Counted from the first letter of the stretch, positions 7,479 through 17,842 are shown. The stretch is DNA of 64,000 bases from Gammaproteobacteria bacterium (GCA_034522055.1 JAXHLS010000002.1:2497549-2561548); one strand, 5' to 3'. A program made the numbers and translations. The notes: generated from the sequence alone by a model not told the origin.

Positions 7479-9869
7479 TCAGCGCAGGCCCTCCAGCTGG
7501 TTGCGGACCTCGTCCATCATGTTGGCGGTGGCCTCCTCCTCGGCCTTGAGGGCCTCCAAGGCCTCGTTCTGGGCTTTGATAAGGTCCTCCGACAATCGCG
7601 TGGTGACATTGTGGTTGCGATCCTCGTTCTCGGATTCCCGCGCCACCCATTCCTCGAGTTCCCGCTCCAGACGCCGGCGCAGGGTGTCCTCGATGGCCTC
7701 GCTGCGGGCATCGCCGGCCTCGATGATCTCGCGGGTGATGCGTAGCCGCTCCGCGGTGGTCTCCGCGCTGTCCACCTCCTCGCGGGTCTGGGACACCACC
7801 TGACGCTGCTCCTCGATGGCCTGGTCCAGGGTGCCCGTGGCCCGCGTGTCCGCGGCCCGGGCCAGCAGCGCCTCCAGTTCGGCCTGGGCCGCGGCGTACG
7901 CCTCGCGGGCCTTGGCGGTGCGGGCCTCGAGAGTCCTGCGTTCCTGCTCCAGCGGAGAAGGGGCCGCCGGTGACTGGGGCCCGGTGGGCTCCTCGGCCGC
8001 GGATGACGGGGCCGAATCCCGGGCCTCCAGCCGTGCCGCCTCCTCCGTGGCCAGACGTTGGGCCTCTGCCGCCTCCCGGCGCTGCCGTTGCAGCTGTTCG
8101 AGTTCTGCCGCCACTTCGGCGAAGTCCTGCTCGAGCCGCCGGCGCTCGTCCTCCAGCTTCTGGTGACTGCTGCGGCGGAGTTCCAGTTCCGTGGTCATCA
8201 GCCCTTGGCGGTGCGCCGCCGTGTCCTGGTCGTGTTGTTCCAGGGCGGCGTGGCTGCGCTTCACCTCGGCGGCGGCGAGTTCCCGTTGGCGTTCCAACTC
8301 CGCCAACCGGGATTCGGCCTGCCGCCCGGCGGCTACCAGCTCTTCGCGGCGTGTCGTGGCCTCGGATTCGAAACGCGCGCGTTCCTCCTGGACCCGTTCG
8401 AGTTCGGTGCATACGCGCTGGTACATGGCCGCGAGACGTTCCTCGCCGGCCTTGAGGCGCTCCTCCGCGGCGGCGCGTAGGGATTCTTCGCGGCTCTCGG
8501 CATCGCTGATGGCCTCTTCGGCCAGGCGTTCCAGGATGGCGGTGTCGGCGGCCAGGTCGAGGCGGCGTTGCTGGGCCTCCCGCAGGGTCTGCTCGGTGTG
8601 TCGGGCCTCCGCGCGGAAGCGCTCCTGGTCGGCATGCAGCGCCTCCTCGAGGGCCTGGTTGGCGCCGTTATGCTCGCCGTGGCCATGCTTCAGGGCCTCC
8701 CCCGCCGCTTCGGCGATGCCGGCGGCCTGGGCGGAGCGCTGGGCCGCCTCCTCCACGGTACGGTTGGCGCGGGCCAGTTCGAGCCGGCGCCGCTGGGCCT
8801 GGCGGGCGGTGTTCAGCACCTGCTCGCGGTCGCGGGTCTCACGATGCCCGCGGTTCATGATGCCACCGGCGAGATGGTAGGCCTCGAAGCCGTGCTCCAT
8901 GAGCAGGAAGGTGGCGACCGCGCTGCGGCTGCCGGAATCGCAATAGACGATATGGCGGTGGCCACGCTGCAGCTCGGACATCTTCAAGCGCAGGTGTGCC
9001 AGGGGGATGTTCAGGCTGTCGCGAATGGCCGTCTTGGCGTGTTCCTCCGGCAGCCGGACATCGAGCCAGCGCACGTCCGGTTGCGAGGCCAGCTCGCGGG
9101 CGGCGGCGGCGTCCAGTTCGCGCACCACGGGTTTGCGGATGAGTTCCGTGAACTGGCCCTTCGACAGACGCCGCAGCACGCCGTCGGTGACCATGGTGAC
9201 GGTGGCGTTGCGCCGGGAGCCGGCGATGAGGGCCTCCTCGCCGAAGCAGTCCCCCGGCCGCAGCTCCGCGAGCCGCATCTCCCGGCTGCCGTCGGCGGTG
9301 CGACGGGAGACGGCGCAGCGGCCCTGTTGGAGGATGTAGTAGTAATCTCCCATCTCACCCTGTCGGACGACGGTGTCGCCGGCCAGGTAGTGCACCGGTT
9401 CCAGCAGGGTCAACACCTTCTGGATATTCTCCGGCGGCACACGTGAGAACAAGGCCGAGGCGGCGAGGCGAATGAGCCAGTCATTGGAGTCCGCGGCGGG
9501 GGTGTCGTCGTCACCGCCGGTGGCCTGGGCCCAGAACAGGCAGGTATCGAGCAGTATGCGGTTGACTTGCAGGACCGCGGTTTTGTCCATGGCCCTGGCC
9601 GAGCGGATGCGCGGCAGCTCGGGCGACAAGGGGTGGCGCGCCGCTTCTCCGCCGGCCTCTACCGTTTCCCGGAAATCTGTCCCGCCGGTCAGTTCGACGG
9701 CGCCGCGGATGACGTAATAAAGGGCCTGGTCCCGGTCGCCTTCGTGGAACAGGAGTTCGCCGGCCGCGGGTTCCAGCAGCGCCGCCGATTGCCGTATCTG
9801 GGTGCGAAGGCCGGGGGGCAGGGCGTTCATGGGCACCAGCCGTTCCAGCAGGGTATCGTCGATGTTCAT
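7479..9869 (-). CDS. multidomain protein: two cyclic-nucleotide-binding domains, a rhodanese domain and a long coiled coil
   Basis: 796 aa from the ATG at 9869 (AGGAG RBS); two cNMP-binding-like segments; rhodanese active-site loop YCDSGSRS; C-terminal ~450 aa of E/A/R/Q-rich heptad-like sequence. Confidence 0.7.
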   Translation of the reverse strand: MNIDDTLLERLVPMNALPPGLRTQIRQSAALLEPAAGELLFHEGDRDQALYYVIRGAVELTGGTDFRETVEAGGEAARHPLSPELPRIRSARAMDKTAVLQVNRILLDTCLFWAQATGGDDDTPAADSNDWLIRLAASALFSRVPPENIQKVLTLLEPVHYLAGDTVVRQGEMGDYYYILQQGRCAVSRRTADGSREMRLAELRPGDCFGEEALIAGSRRNATVTMVTDGVLRRLSKGQFTELIRKPVVRELDAAAARELASQPDVRWLDVRLPEEHAKTAIRDSLNIPLAHLRLKMSELQRGHRHIVYCDSGSRSAVATFLLMEHGFEAYHLAGGIMNRGHRETRDREQVLNTARQAQRRRLELARANRTVEEAAQRSAQAAGIAEAAGEALKHGHGEHNGANQALEEALHADQERFRAEARHTEQTLREAQQRRLDLAADTAILERLAEEAISDAESREESLRAAAEERLKAGEERLAAMYQRVCTELERVQEERARFESEATTRREELVAAGRQAESRLAELERQRELAAAEVKRSHAALEQHDQDTAAHRQGLMTTELELRRSSHQKLEDERRRLEQDFAEVAAELEQLQRQRREAAEAQRLATEEAARLEARDSAPSSAAEEPTGPQSPAAPSPLEQERRTLEARTAKAREAYAAAQAELEALLARAADTRATGTLDQAIEEQRQVVSQTREEVDSAETTAERLRITREIIEAGDARSEAIEDTLRRRLERELEEWVARESENEDRNHNVTTRLSEDLIKAQNEALEALKAEEEATANMMDEVRNQLEGLR

Positions 9870-9999
9870 GCCCGCTCCTGGAGACCCGATGGATGATGGC
9901 CGCCGGCGGCGGCGTGGAGTGGCCTCCAATTGGGTTGGCGGTCCGATGAGCGGCGCGTTTAGCCCCGGTGGGTAAAAAATCCACGAGCTGTGAGGGCCG

Positions 10000-10788
10000 T
10001 CACGCCGTGGCGGGGCCCTTCAGGAATTCCTGCACCACGTGGGCGAAGCGCTCCGGGGCCTCGGCGTGGAGCCAGTGGCCGGTATCCTCCAGGGTATGGA
10101 TGCGGGCGGCGGGAAAGAGCCGGTGGATGGCCTGCTCGTGCTCCGGCAGCACGTAGTCCGAGTGCTCCCCCCGCAGGAACAGGGTCGGTCCGGCGAAGGT
10201 GGCATCGCGGTAGGGTGCCGGGAAGTCCGCCAGCTCGCGGTCGTGGCGGTCCAGGGCGTCGAGGTTGACGCGCCAGCGGAAGCCGTCGTCGTCGCGCACC
10301 AGATTCTGCAGCAGGAAGGCGCGGATACGGCGCTCGGGGATAGCCTCCGCCAGGGCGGCATCGGCGTCGGCGCGGGAGTTCAGGGCCGCCAGGTCGAGGC
10401 CGCGCAGGGCCGCCAGGATCCCGGATGGCCGGAAGGTGTTGGCCACCGGGGCCATGTCCGCCACCACCAGGCGGTCCACCGCCGCGCCGCGGTCCAGGGC
10501 CAGGGCCATGGCCACCTTGCCGCCCATGCTGTGGCCGAGGACGCTGGGCCGCTCCAGGTCGAGGTTACGGAACAGTTCCAACAGATCCGCGACCATATCG
10601 GCGTAGGTCATGGACGAGGCATGGGGGGAGCGGCCGTGGTTGCGCAGGTCCACCGCCACCACCCGGCGATCTGCGGCCAGGGCCTTGGCGATGGTCTGCC
10701 AGTTGACCGATGAGCCGAACACCCCGTGCAGCAGCACCAGGGCGGGGCCGTCATCGCCGTAGCTGCGGTGGTACAACTTTATGGCCAT
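10000..10788 (-). CDS. alpha/beta hydrolase (YbfF-like esterase)
   Basis: 263 aa starting MAIKLYH; HGVFGS and GHSMGG nucleophile elbow; 20 nt downstream of lpdA. Confidence 0.75.
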   Translation of the reverse strand: MAIKLYHRSYGDDGPALVLLHGVFGSSVNWQTIAKALAADRRVVAVDLRNHGRSPHASSMTYADMVADLLELFRNLDLERPSVLGHSMGGKVAMALALDRGAAVDRLVVADMAPVANTFRPSGILAALRGLDLAALNSRADADAALAEAIPERRIRAFLLQNLVRDDDGFRWRVNLDALDRHDRELADFPAPYRDATFAGPTLFLRGEHSDYVLPEHEQAIHRLFPAARIHTLEDTGHWLHAEAPERFAHVVQEFLKGPATA

Positions 10789-10808
10789 GGCGGTTCGGGC
10801 AGCCGCCC

Positions 10809-12569
10809 TCAGCGCTTCTTCGGCGGCAGCAGGTCGGTGATGCTGCCGTCCACCATCTCCGCCGCGAAGGCGAAGGTCTCGGACAGGGTGGGATGGGGAT
10901 GGACGGTGAGGCCGATGTCCTGGGCGTCTGCGCCCATCTCCAGGGCCAGCACCGCCTCCGCCACCAGGTCGCCGGCGTGGGGCCCCACCATGCCGGCCCC
11001 GAGGATGCGCCCGCTCTCCTTGTCGAACATGATCTTGGTGACGCCCTCGTCGCGCCCCATCCCCAGGGAGCGCCCGCTGGCCGCCCACGGGAATACCCCC
11101 TTGTCGTACTCGATGCCTTCCGCCTTGAGTTCCTCCTCGGTGGGCCCCATCCACGCCACTTCCGGGTCGGTGTAGGCCACCGAGGGCACCGCGCGGGCGT
11201 CGAACACGGCGCGGTGGCCGGCGATCACCTCCGCCGCCACCTTGGCCTCGTGGGTGGCCTTGTGGGCCAGCATGGGTTGGCCCACCACGTCACCGATGGC
11301 GAAGATGTTGGACACGTTGGTGCGCATCTGGCGGTCTACTTTGATGAAGCCCCGCTCGTCCACGTAGAGGTGGGCCTGTTCCGCCCCCACGCGGTCGCCG
11401 TTGGGACGCCGTCCGGCGGCCACCAGCACGCGATCGAAGGTGGCGGTGGCCGGCGCCTTGGGGCCTTCGAAATGCACCTTGAGCCCCTTTTTCTGGGCCT
11501 CCACACCGGTGACCCTGGTATCGGTGTATATGCCCTCGTAGCGTTTGCCGATGACCTTCTGGAGGGGCCGCACCAGGTCCCGGTCGCAGCCCGGCATGAG
11601 GCCCTTGGTGAGTTCCACCACCGTGATGCGGGAGCCCAGGGCGGCGTACACGGTGGCCATCTCCAGGCCGATGATGCCGCCGCCGATCACCAGCAGGGAG
11701 TCGGGGATGTCCGCCAGTTCCAGGGCCCCGGTGGAGTCAATCACCCGCGGGTCGTCGTAGGGGATGCCGGGGATCTGGACCACCCGTGAGCCCACCGCCA
11801 CGATGGCGTGGTCGAAGCTGATGGTGCGCTCGCCGTCCTCGCCCGCCACCTTGAGGCGGTTGGCGGAGTCGAAGCGTCCCATGCCCTGTACCACCTTCAC
11901 CTTGCGTTGCTTGGCGAGCTGGGCGAGGCCGCCGGTGAGCTTGCCCACCACCTTGTCCTTCCACCCCCGCAGCCGGTCGAGGTCGATCTGCGGCTGGCCG
12001 AAGCTCACGCCATGGGACGCCATGGCGGCGGCGGCATCGATGATGCCGGCGGTATGGAGCAGGGCCTTGGAAGGGATGCAGCCCACGTTCAGGCACACGC
12101 CGCCGAGGTCCGGGTAACGCTCCACCAGCACCACCTGCTTGCCCAGATCGGCGGCGCGAAAGGCCGCCGTATAGCCGCCGGGGCCGGCCCCCAGCACCAG
12201 CACCTCGGCGTGGATGTCGCCATCTCCGGCGGTGGCCGGCTTGGATCCCCCTGTCGGCTTTTCTTTGGAAGACGCCCCGCCGTCCTCGTCCCTGGTCTTG
12301 TCTCCCTGCTTATCCTTGTCCTCATCCGAAGTGGCTTCGAGGGTAAGGATGGCATCGCCCTCGGATACCTTGTCTCCCACCTTGACGTCCATGGATGCCA
12401 CACGCCCCGCCTGAGGTGAGGGGATCTCCATGGAGGCCTTGTCGCTCTCCAGGGTGATGAGGGAGGTCTCGGCCGCCACCTCGTCTCCGGGGGCTACCAG
12501 GACCTCTATGACCTCGACCCCTTCGAAGTCGCCGATATCGGGTATCTTTACCTGAATGTTCTTTCCCAT
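10809..12569 (-). CDS. lpdA: dihydrolipoyl dehydrogenase (E3) with N-terminal lipoyl domain
   Basis: 586 aa; N-terminal lipoyl-attachment domain (SLITLESDKASMEIPSP); FAD and NAD Rossmann motifs; redox-active CLNVGCIPSK. Confidence 0.9.
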   Translation of the reverse strand: MGKNIQVKIPDIGDFEGVEVIEVLVAPGDEVAAETSLITLESDKASMEIPSPQAGRVASMDVKVGDKVSEGDAILTLEATSDEDKDKQGDKTRDEDGGASSKEKPTGGSKPATAGDGDIHAEVLVLGAGPGGYTAAFRAADLGKQVVLVERYPDLGGVCLNVGCIPSKALLHTAGIIDAAAAMASHGVSFGQPQIDLDRLRGWKDKVVGKLTGGLAQLAKQRKVKVVQGMGRFDSANRLKVAGEDGERTISFDHAIVAVGSRVVQIPGIPYDDPRVIDSTGALELADIPDSLLVIGGGIIGLEMATVYAALGSRITVVELTKGLMPGCDRDLVRPLQKVIGKRYEGIYTDTRVTGVEAQKKGLKVHFEGPKAPATATFDRVLVAAGRRPNGDRVGAEQAHLYVDERGFIKVDRQMRTNVSNIFAIGDVVGQPMLAHKATHEAKVAAEVIAGHRAVFDARAVPSVAYTDPEVAWMGPTEEELKAEGIEYDKGVFPWAASGRSLGMGRDEGVTKIMFDKESGRILGAGMVGPHAGDLVAEAVLALEMGADAQDIGLTVHPHPTLSETFAFAAEMVDGSITDLLPPKKR

Positions 12570-12599
12570 GCGGGACGATCTCCCCAGTTTGTTTGAGCA

Positions 12600-12728
12600 T
12601 TAACGTGAAAGTCGCGAAGCACCATCTCCCCCTCTCCCTCTGGGAGAGGGATGGGGTGAGGGAACGAACATGGCGATATGCGCTCCTCTTTCTTCATTTC
12701 GGGTGGCGCGTATCGCCATGAGAGTTAA
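12600..12728 (-). repeat. MITE-like structured repeat element, short variant (copy 2)
   Basis: TTAACGTGAAAGTCGCGAAGCAC ... CGCCATGAGAGTTAA; internal hairpins CCCTCTCCC/GGGAGAGGG and GGCGATATGCGC/GCGCGTATCGCC; sits between lpdA and aceF. Confidence 0.85.
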
Positions 12729-12735
12729 GTACGGA

Positions 12736-14100
12736 CTACAGCAGCATGTGCCGGATGTCCGAGAGCACGGTGCGCAGCTCGGTGGTGAAGCGAGCGGCGT
12801 CCGAGCCGTCGATGACACGGTGATCGTAGGACAGCGAGATGGGCAGCACGAGCCGGGGCACGAACTCACCGTTCTCGTATACCGGCTTCATCTCGGCCTT
12901 GGAGATGCCGAGGATGGCGACCTCCGGCGCGTTGATGATGGGCGTGAACCAGGTGCCGCCGATGCCCCCCAGGCTGGAGATGGTGAAGGTGCCGCCCTGC
13001 ATGTCCTTGGGGCCGAGCTTCCTGTCCCGGGCCTTCTGGCTGGCTTCGCCGAGTTCGGCGGCGAGCTGGAACAGGCCCTTCTGATCGGCGTTGCGGATGA
13101 TCGGCACCACCAGTCCGCCGGGGGTGTCCACGGCGATCCCCACGTTGAAATAGCGTTTGATGATCAGTTCGTCGCCGCTGGGTGCCAGGGACGAATTGAA
13201 GTGGGGAAATTTCTTCAGGGCCACCACTGCCGCCTTGATGAGGAAGGACAGCAGGGTGAGCCTGACCCCCTCCTTGGCGAGCTGGTCCTTCTTGCCCTGG
13301 CGGAAGTCCTCCAGCTCCGTGATGTCCGCCTCGTCGAACTGGGTGACGTGGGGCACGGTGATCCAGTTGCGGTGGAGGTTGGGGCCCGAAAGCTTCTTGA
13401 TGCGGGACAGGGGCTCGTGGTCCACCTCCCCCCACTCGCTGAAATCGACGTCCGAGAAGTCCGCCATCTGCAGGCCCACGGGGCCGGTGGGGCCGGAGCG
13501 CGTCATCACGTTCTTGACGAACTTCTGCACGTCCTCCTTGAGCACTCGGCCCTTGCGGCCGCTGCCGCTCACCTGAGCCAGGTCGACGCCGAGCTCGTTG
13601 GCCAGGTGGCGCACGGCCGGGCTGGCGTGGCCCTTGCCGCGCTGAGCCGCGGCGACCTCCCGGGGCGTGAGGTCCGGCACCGGCGGCGCGGCCGGGGCAG
13701 GGCTGCCCGCGGGGGCGCTGGTGGTGGCGCTCGAGGACTTCGACTTCCTGGCCTCGGCGTCGTCCGAGGCCGCCCTGGTCTTGTCCTTATGGGTTTTTTC
13801 CTCAGGTTCGCCTTCGTCCCTGCCCTTGTCTTCGTCCCCGGCGGCCTCGGCACGTCCCTGCTCCGCCTCGATGACGGCGATGAGGGCGCCTTCCGAGACC
13901 TTGTCCCCCACCTTCACCTTCACCGACTCGACGACGCCGCCATGGGGACTCGGAATCTCCATGGTGGCCTTGTCGCTCTCCAGGGAGATCAGGGAATCTT
14001 CTGCCTTTACCCGGTCGCCGGGGGCGACCAGCACTTCGATGACCTCGACATTCTCGAAATCGCCGATGTCGGGTACGAGCACCTCTTTTGCGGTCGCCAC
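12736..14100 (-). CDS. aceF: dihydrolipoamide acetyltransferase (E2) of pyruvate dehydrogenase
   Basis: 454 aa; lipoyl domain, E3-binding domain, catalytic domain ending in the DHRVIDG motif. Confidence 0.9.
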   Translation of the reverse strand: MATAKEVLVPDIGDFENVEVIEVLVAPGDRVKAEDSLISLESDKATMEIPSPHGGVVESVKVKVGDKVSEGALIAVIEAEQGRAEAAGDEDKGRDEGEPEEKTHKDKTRAASDDAEARKSKSSSATTSAPAGSPAPAAPPVPDLTPREVAAAQRGKGHASPAVRHLANELGVDLAQVSGSGRKGRVLKEDVQKFVKNVMTRSGPTGPVGLQMADFSDVDFSEWGEVDHEPLSRIKKLSGPNLHRNWITVPHVTQFDEADITELEDFRQGKKDQLAKEGVRLTLLSFLIKAAVVALKKFPHFNSSLAPSGDELIIKRYFNVGIAVDTPGGLVVPIIRNADQKGLFQLAAELGEASQKARDRKLGPKDMQGGTFTISSLGGIGGTWFTPIINAPEVAILGISKAEMKPVYENGEFVPRLVLPISLSYDHRVIDGSDAARFTTELRTVLSDIRHMLL

Positions 14101-14130
14101 TGTTTGGTCTCCTGCCGGACTCGTTGGGGT

Positions 14131-16788
14131 TTAAACGGAAACGGGATTGGGCTTGTCGGCGTCGAGGCCGTACTTCTCGATGGCCTCGTCCACCTTGGCG
14201 GCGTCGAGCTCGCCGTCCTGCACCAGCCCCCACAGGGCGGCCACCGCCACATAGCGGCGGTCCACCTCGAAGAAGGAGCGCAGGGCCTTGCGGGTGTCAC
14301 TGCGGCCGAAGCCGTCGGTGCCCAGGGTGACGTAGGGACGATCGATGAAGTTCCTCACCGAATCGGCGTAGGCACGAGTGTAATCCGTGGCGGCGATGAC
14401 GGGGCCCTTGTGCTTCGCCAGCTGGTGGGTCACGAAGGGGACCTGCGGCTTGCTGCGGGGGTGGAGCATGTTCCAGCGCTGGGCGTCCAGGCCCTCGCGG
14501 CGCAGCTCGGTGAAGCTGGTGGCACTCCAGATGTCTGCGGTGACGCCGAAGTCCTCCTCCAGCATGTCGGCCGCGGCCATGACTTCCCGCAGGATGGTGC
14601 CGCTGCCCAGGAGCTGCACCCGATACTTGGCGCGGCTCTTGCCCTTCTGCAGCAGGTAAAGACCCCTGATGATGTCCTCCTCCACGCCCTCGGGCATGGC
14701 CGGGTGATGATAACTCTCGTTCATCACCGTGATGTAGTAGAAGACATTCTCCTGGCGCTCGTACATGCGCTTCAGGCCCTCGTGGATGATCACCGCCAGC
14801 TCGTAGCCGAAGGTGGGATCGTAGGCGATGCAGTTGGGGATGGTGGCGGCCGCCAGGTGGCTGTGGCCGTCCTGGTGCTGCAGGCCTTCGCCCGCCAGGG
14901 TGGTGCGCCCGGCGGTGCCGCCGAGAAGAAAACCCCGCACCTGCATGTCGCCGGCCGCCCACGCGAGGTCGCCGATGCGCTGGAAGCCGAACATGGAATA
15001 GAAGATGTAGAAGGGGATCATGTTGATCCCGTGATTGGTATAGGCGGTGCCCGCCGCCATCCAGGAGGAGAAGGCCCCGGCCTCGTTGATGCCTTCCTGG
15101 AGGATTTGGCCCTGTTGATCCTCCCGGTAGTACATCACCTGGTCCGAGTCCTGGGGATCATAGAGCTGACCCACGGAGGAATAGATACCCAGCTGGCGGA
15201 ACATGCCTTCCATGCCGAAGGTGCGGGACTCGTCGGGCACGATGGGCACCAGGTGCCGGCCGAGCTTCTTGTCCCGGGTGAGCACCGTCAGCAGCCGCAC
15301 GAAGGCCATGGTGGTGGACATGGTGCGATCCCCGCTGCCCTTGGTCACGCTCTCGAAGGCGGACAGTTCGGGGATCTCCAGGGGATCGGCGTTGTTCCGG
15401 CGTACCGGCAGGTAGCCACCCAGGGCCTTGCGGCGCTCCTGCAGGTAGCGGATCTCCTGGCTGTCGGGATCGGGGCGGTAGAAGGGGGCTTCGCCTATGT
15501 GGTCATCGGAGACGGGAATGTTGAAGCGGTCGCGGAAGGCCTTCAGCGCCGCTTCGCCCATTTTCTTCTGCTGGTGGGTGATATTCTGGCCCTCGCCGGC
15601 CTCCCCCATGCCGTAACCCTTGACCGTCTTGGCGAGGATGACCGTGGGTTTGCCCTCGGTCCGGGCGGCGGCGGCATAGGCGGCGTAGACCTTGAAGGGG
15701 TCGTGGCCGCCGCGGTTGAGGCGCCAGATATCCTCGTCGGTCATGTTGGCGACCAGTTGCTTGAGTTCGGGGTACTTGCCGAAAAAATGCTCGCGGGTGT
15801 AGGCGCCGCCCTTGGCCTTGTAGGCCTGGTACTCGCCGTCCACCGCCTCCTCCATGCGCCGGCGCAGCAGGCCGTCCTTGTCGCGGGCCAGCAGCGGGTC
15901 CCAGTAGGAGCCCCAGATGACCTTGATGACGTTCCAGCCGGCGCCTTGGAACACGGCCTCCAGCTCCTGGATGATCTTGCCGTTGCCGCGCACCGGTCCA
16001 TCCAGGCGCTGCAGGTTGCAGTTCACCACGAACACCAGGTTGTCCAGGCGCTCGCGGGCCGCCAGGGAGATGGCGCCCAGGGATTCGGGCTCGTCCATCT
16101 CGCCGTCCCCCATGAAGGCCCACACCTTGCGGTCCCCGGTGTCCGTGATCTCGCGGTCCGTGAGGTACTTCATGAAGCGGGCCTGATAGATGGCGGTGAT
16201 GGGGCCAAGGCCCATGGACACGGTGGGGAACTGCCAGAAGTCAGGCATCAGCCAGGGGTGAGGGTAGGAGGACAAACCCGGGGCCTCGGCCTCCTGGCGG
16301 AAGCGGGCCAGGTCTTTCTCGTCGATGCGGCCCTCCAGGTAGGCACGGGCATAGATGCCGGGCGCCGAATGACCCTGGAAAAACACCAGGTCACCGCCGT
16401 GGGCATCGGAAGGCGCCCTGAAGAAGTGGTTGAAGCCGACGTCGAACAGGGTGGCCGCGGAGGCGAAGCTGGCGATGTGTCCGCCGAGTTCCGAGGAGGT
16501 ACGGTTGGCCTGCACCACCATGGCGGTGGCATTCCAGCGGATCAGCGAGCGGATGCGGTGCTCGATGGCCTGGTCGCCGGGGTTGCGTTCCTCCATGTGC
16601 ACCGGGATGGTGTTCACATAGGCGGTGTTGGCGCGGTAGGGCAGGTAGGCCCCGGAGCGCCGCGCCTTGTCGATGAGCTTCTCGAGGAGAAAATGGGCGC
16701 GCTCCGGGCCGTCGGCGTCGAGCACCGAGTCCAGCGCGTCGAGCCATTCCTGGGTTTCCTGGGAGTCAATATCGGTTTCGTCCACCAT
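14131..16788 (-). CDS. aceE: pyruvate dehydrogenase E1 component, homodimeric type
   Basis: 885 aa AceE-type E1 with a transketolase-like ThDP fold. Confidence 0.9.
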   Translation of the reverse strand: MVDETDIDSQETQEWLDALDSVLDADGPERAHFLLEKLIDKARRSGAYLPYRANTAYVNTIPVHMEERNPGDQAIEHRIRSLIRWNATAMVVQANRTSSELGGHIASFASAATLFDVGFNHFFRAPSDAHGGDLVFFQGHSAPGIYARAYLEGRIDEKDLARFRQEAEAPGLSSYPHPWLMPDFWQFPTVSMGLGPITAIYQARFMKYLTDREITDTGDRKVWAFMGDGEMDEPESLGAISLAARERLDNLVFVVNCNLQRLDGPVRGNGKIIQELEAVFQGAGWNVIKVIWGSYWDPLLARDKDGLLRRRMEEAVDGEYQAYKAKGGAYTREHFFGKYPELKQLVANMTDEDIWRLNRGGHDPFKVYAAYAAAARTEGKPTVILAKTVKGYGMGEAGEGQNITHQQKKMGEAALKAFRDRFNIPVSDDHIGEAPFYRPDPDSQEIRYLQERRKALGGYLPVRRNNADPLEIPELSAFESVTKGSGDRTMSTTMAFVRLLTVLTRDKKLGRHLVPIVPDESRTFGMEGMFRQLGIYSSVGQLYDPQDSDQVMYYREDQQGQILQEGINEAGAFSSWMAAGTAYTNHGINMIPFYIFYSMFGFQRIGDLAWAAGDMQVRGFLLGGTAGRTTLAGEGLQHQDGHSHLAAATIPNCIAYDPTFGYELAVIIHEGLKRMYERQENVFYYITVMNESYHHPAMPEGVEEDIIRGLYLLQKGKSRAKYRVQLLGSGTILREVMAAADMLEEDFGVTADIWSATSFTELRREGLDAQRWNMLHPRSKPQVPFVTHQLAKHKGPVIAATDYTRAYADSVRNFIDRPYVTLGTDGFGRSDTRKALRSFFEVDRRYVAVAALWGLVQDGELDAAKVDEAIEKYGLDADKPNPVSV

Positions 16789-16964
16789 GGGTTTCTCGTC
16801 GAGTTCGTCGTTATTGGGAATCCTGACCGGCGCGGGAGCGGGATTGCATACATCCCTTCGCAGCCGGGCCCGTCGCCACCGCCGCCGATGCTCTGCGCTG
16901 CCCGCGCCGCCGGCGGCTCCAGCCGCTGCCGGGGCGGGCGTTAAAAAGGCCGCTAGTTTAACCT

Positions 16965-17088
16965 AACTCTCATGGCGATACGCGCCGCCCAAGATGATGA
17001 AAGAGGAGCGCGTATCGCCCTGTTCGTTCCCTCACCCCATCCCTCTCCCAAAGGGAGAGGGGAATCGTGCTTCGCGACTTTCACGTTA
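16965..17088 (+). repeat. MITE-like structured repeat element, short variant (copy 3)
   Basis: Same ends and internal hairpins as copy 2, opposite orientation; immediately upstream of aceE. Confidence 0.85.
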
Positions 17089-17260
17089 GATGGTGTAGGC
17101 GCCGAAGTAGGCGCCGACCGCGGGCCGGGCCGGGCCGGCCTCGGCTTCCGTGGCCGGCGCCATGGCAATGAAAAAAGGCGCGGGGGCTCTCGCCCCCGCG
17201 CCTCGGCTGCCGCGTTGCCGCGCCGGCCGGGAAGCCCCCGGCCGTCGGCCGATCGGCTCG

Positions 17261-17842
17261 TTACAGCACCGGACCGGTGTAGCGCTCGGCGCGGGCCTTC
17301 TCGACGGCCGCGCGCATCTCGGCCATACGCTCCTCGGCGGCCTTGCGGTCGGCCGCGATACGCTTCAGGTGCTCCTCATAACGGCCGTTGTCGAAGGCCA
17401 CCGGAAACTCGGGGCGGTCCAGGGTGTAGCCCGGGCGCGCGGCCTTCATCTCCTCTTCGGCCTCGGCGAAGCGGGCATCCATCTCCTGGCGGCGCTCCTC
17501 GAACAGGGCATCCATCTCGGCGCGGGTCATGGGGCCGTCGAAGGCCGGGGCTTCGAAGCTGGGGGCCTCGAAAGCGGGCGCCTCGAAGGCGGTCCGATGC
17601 ATGCGGGCCATCTCTTCGTGCATCTTCGTCATCTGCTCCATGGCGGCCTGATGGGCCTCAAACTGCTCCTCGTGGATGGCCTGAATGCGGGCCTGATGGG
17701 CCGCGAAGTGCGCGGCGGGGGCCGGCATGGCGTACGGCGCGCCGTAGGGCATGGCCACGGCCTGCTCAGGGTTGGTGTTCTCGGCATGGGCGGAAACGGC
17801 GGCGGCCAGCAGGCTGGCGGCGATTACGGTCATGGTCTTCAT
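17261..17842 (-). CDS. secreted hypothetical protein with FEAPAF repeats
   Basis: 193 aa; signal peptide MKTMTVIAASLLAAAVSAHA; FEAPAFEAPSFEAPAF tandem; E/A/R/M-rich. Confidence 0.55.
   Translation of the reverse strand: MKTMTVIAASLLAAAVSAHAENTNPEQAVAMPYGAPYAMPAPAAHFAAHQARIQAIHEEQFEAHQAAMEQMTKMHEEMARMHRTAFEAPAFEAPSFEAPAFDGPMTRAEMDALFEERRQEMDARFAEAEEEMKAARPGYTLDRPEFPVAFDNGRYEEHLKRIAADRKAAEERMAEMRAAVEKARAERYTGPVL

Noticed and set aside
7114-8412. 432-aa minus-strand G/R/P-rich ORF, and plus-strand ORFs 7970-9446
   Set aside because: Out-of-frame or antisense to the cNMP/rhodanese/coiled-coil gene; extreme composition bias; the coiled-coil reading frame is the coherent one
12670-16944. 1424-aa plus-strand ORF
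   Set aside because: Antisense to aceE/aceF; a stop-free frame-shadow typical of high-GC DNA, with low-complexity G/A/V/L-rich translation; the minus-strand PDH genes have clear homology
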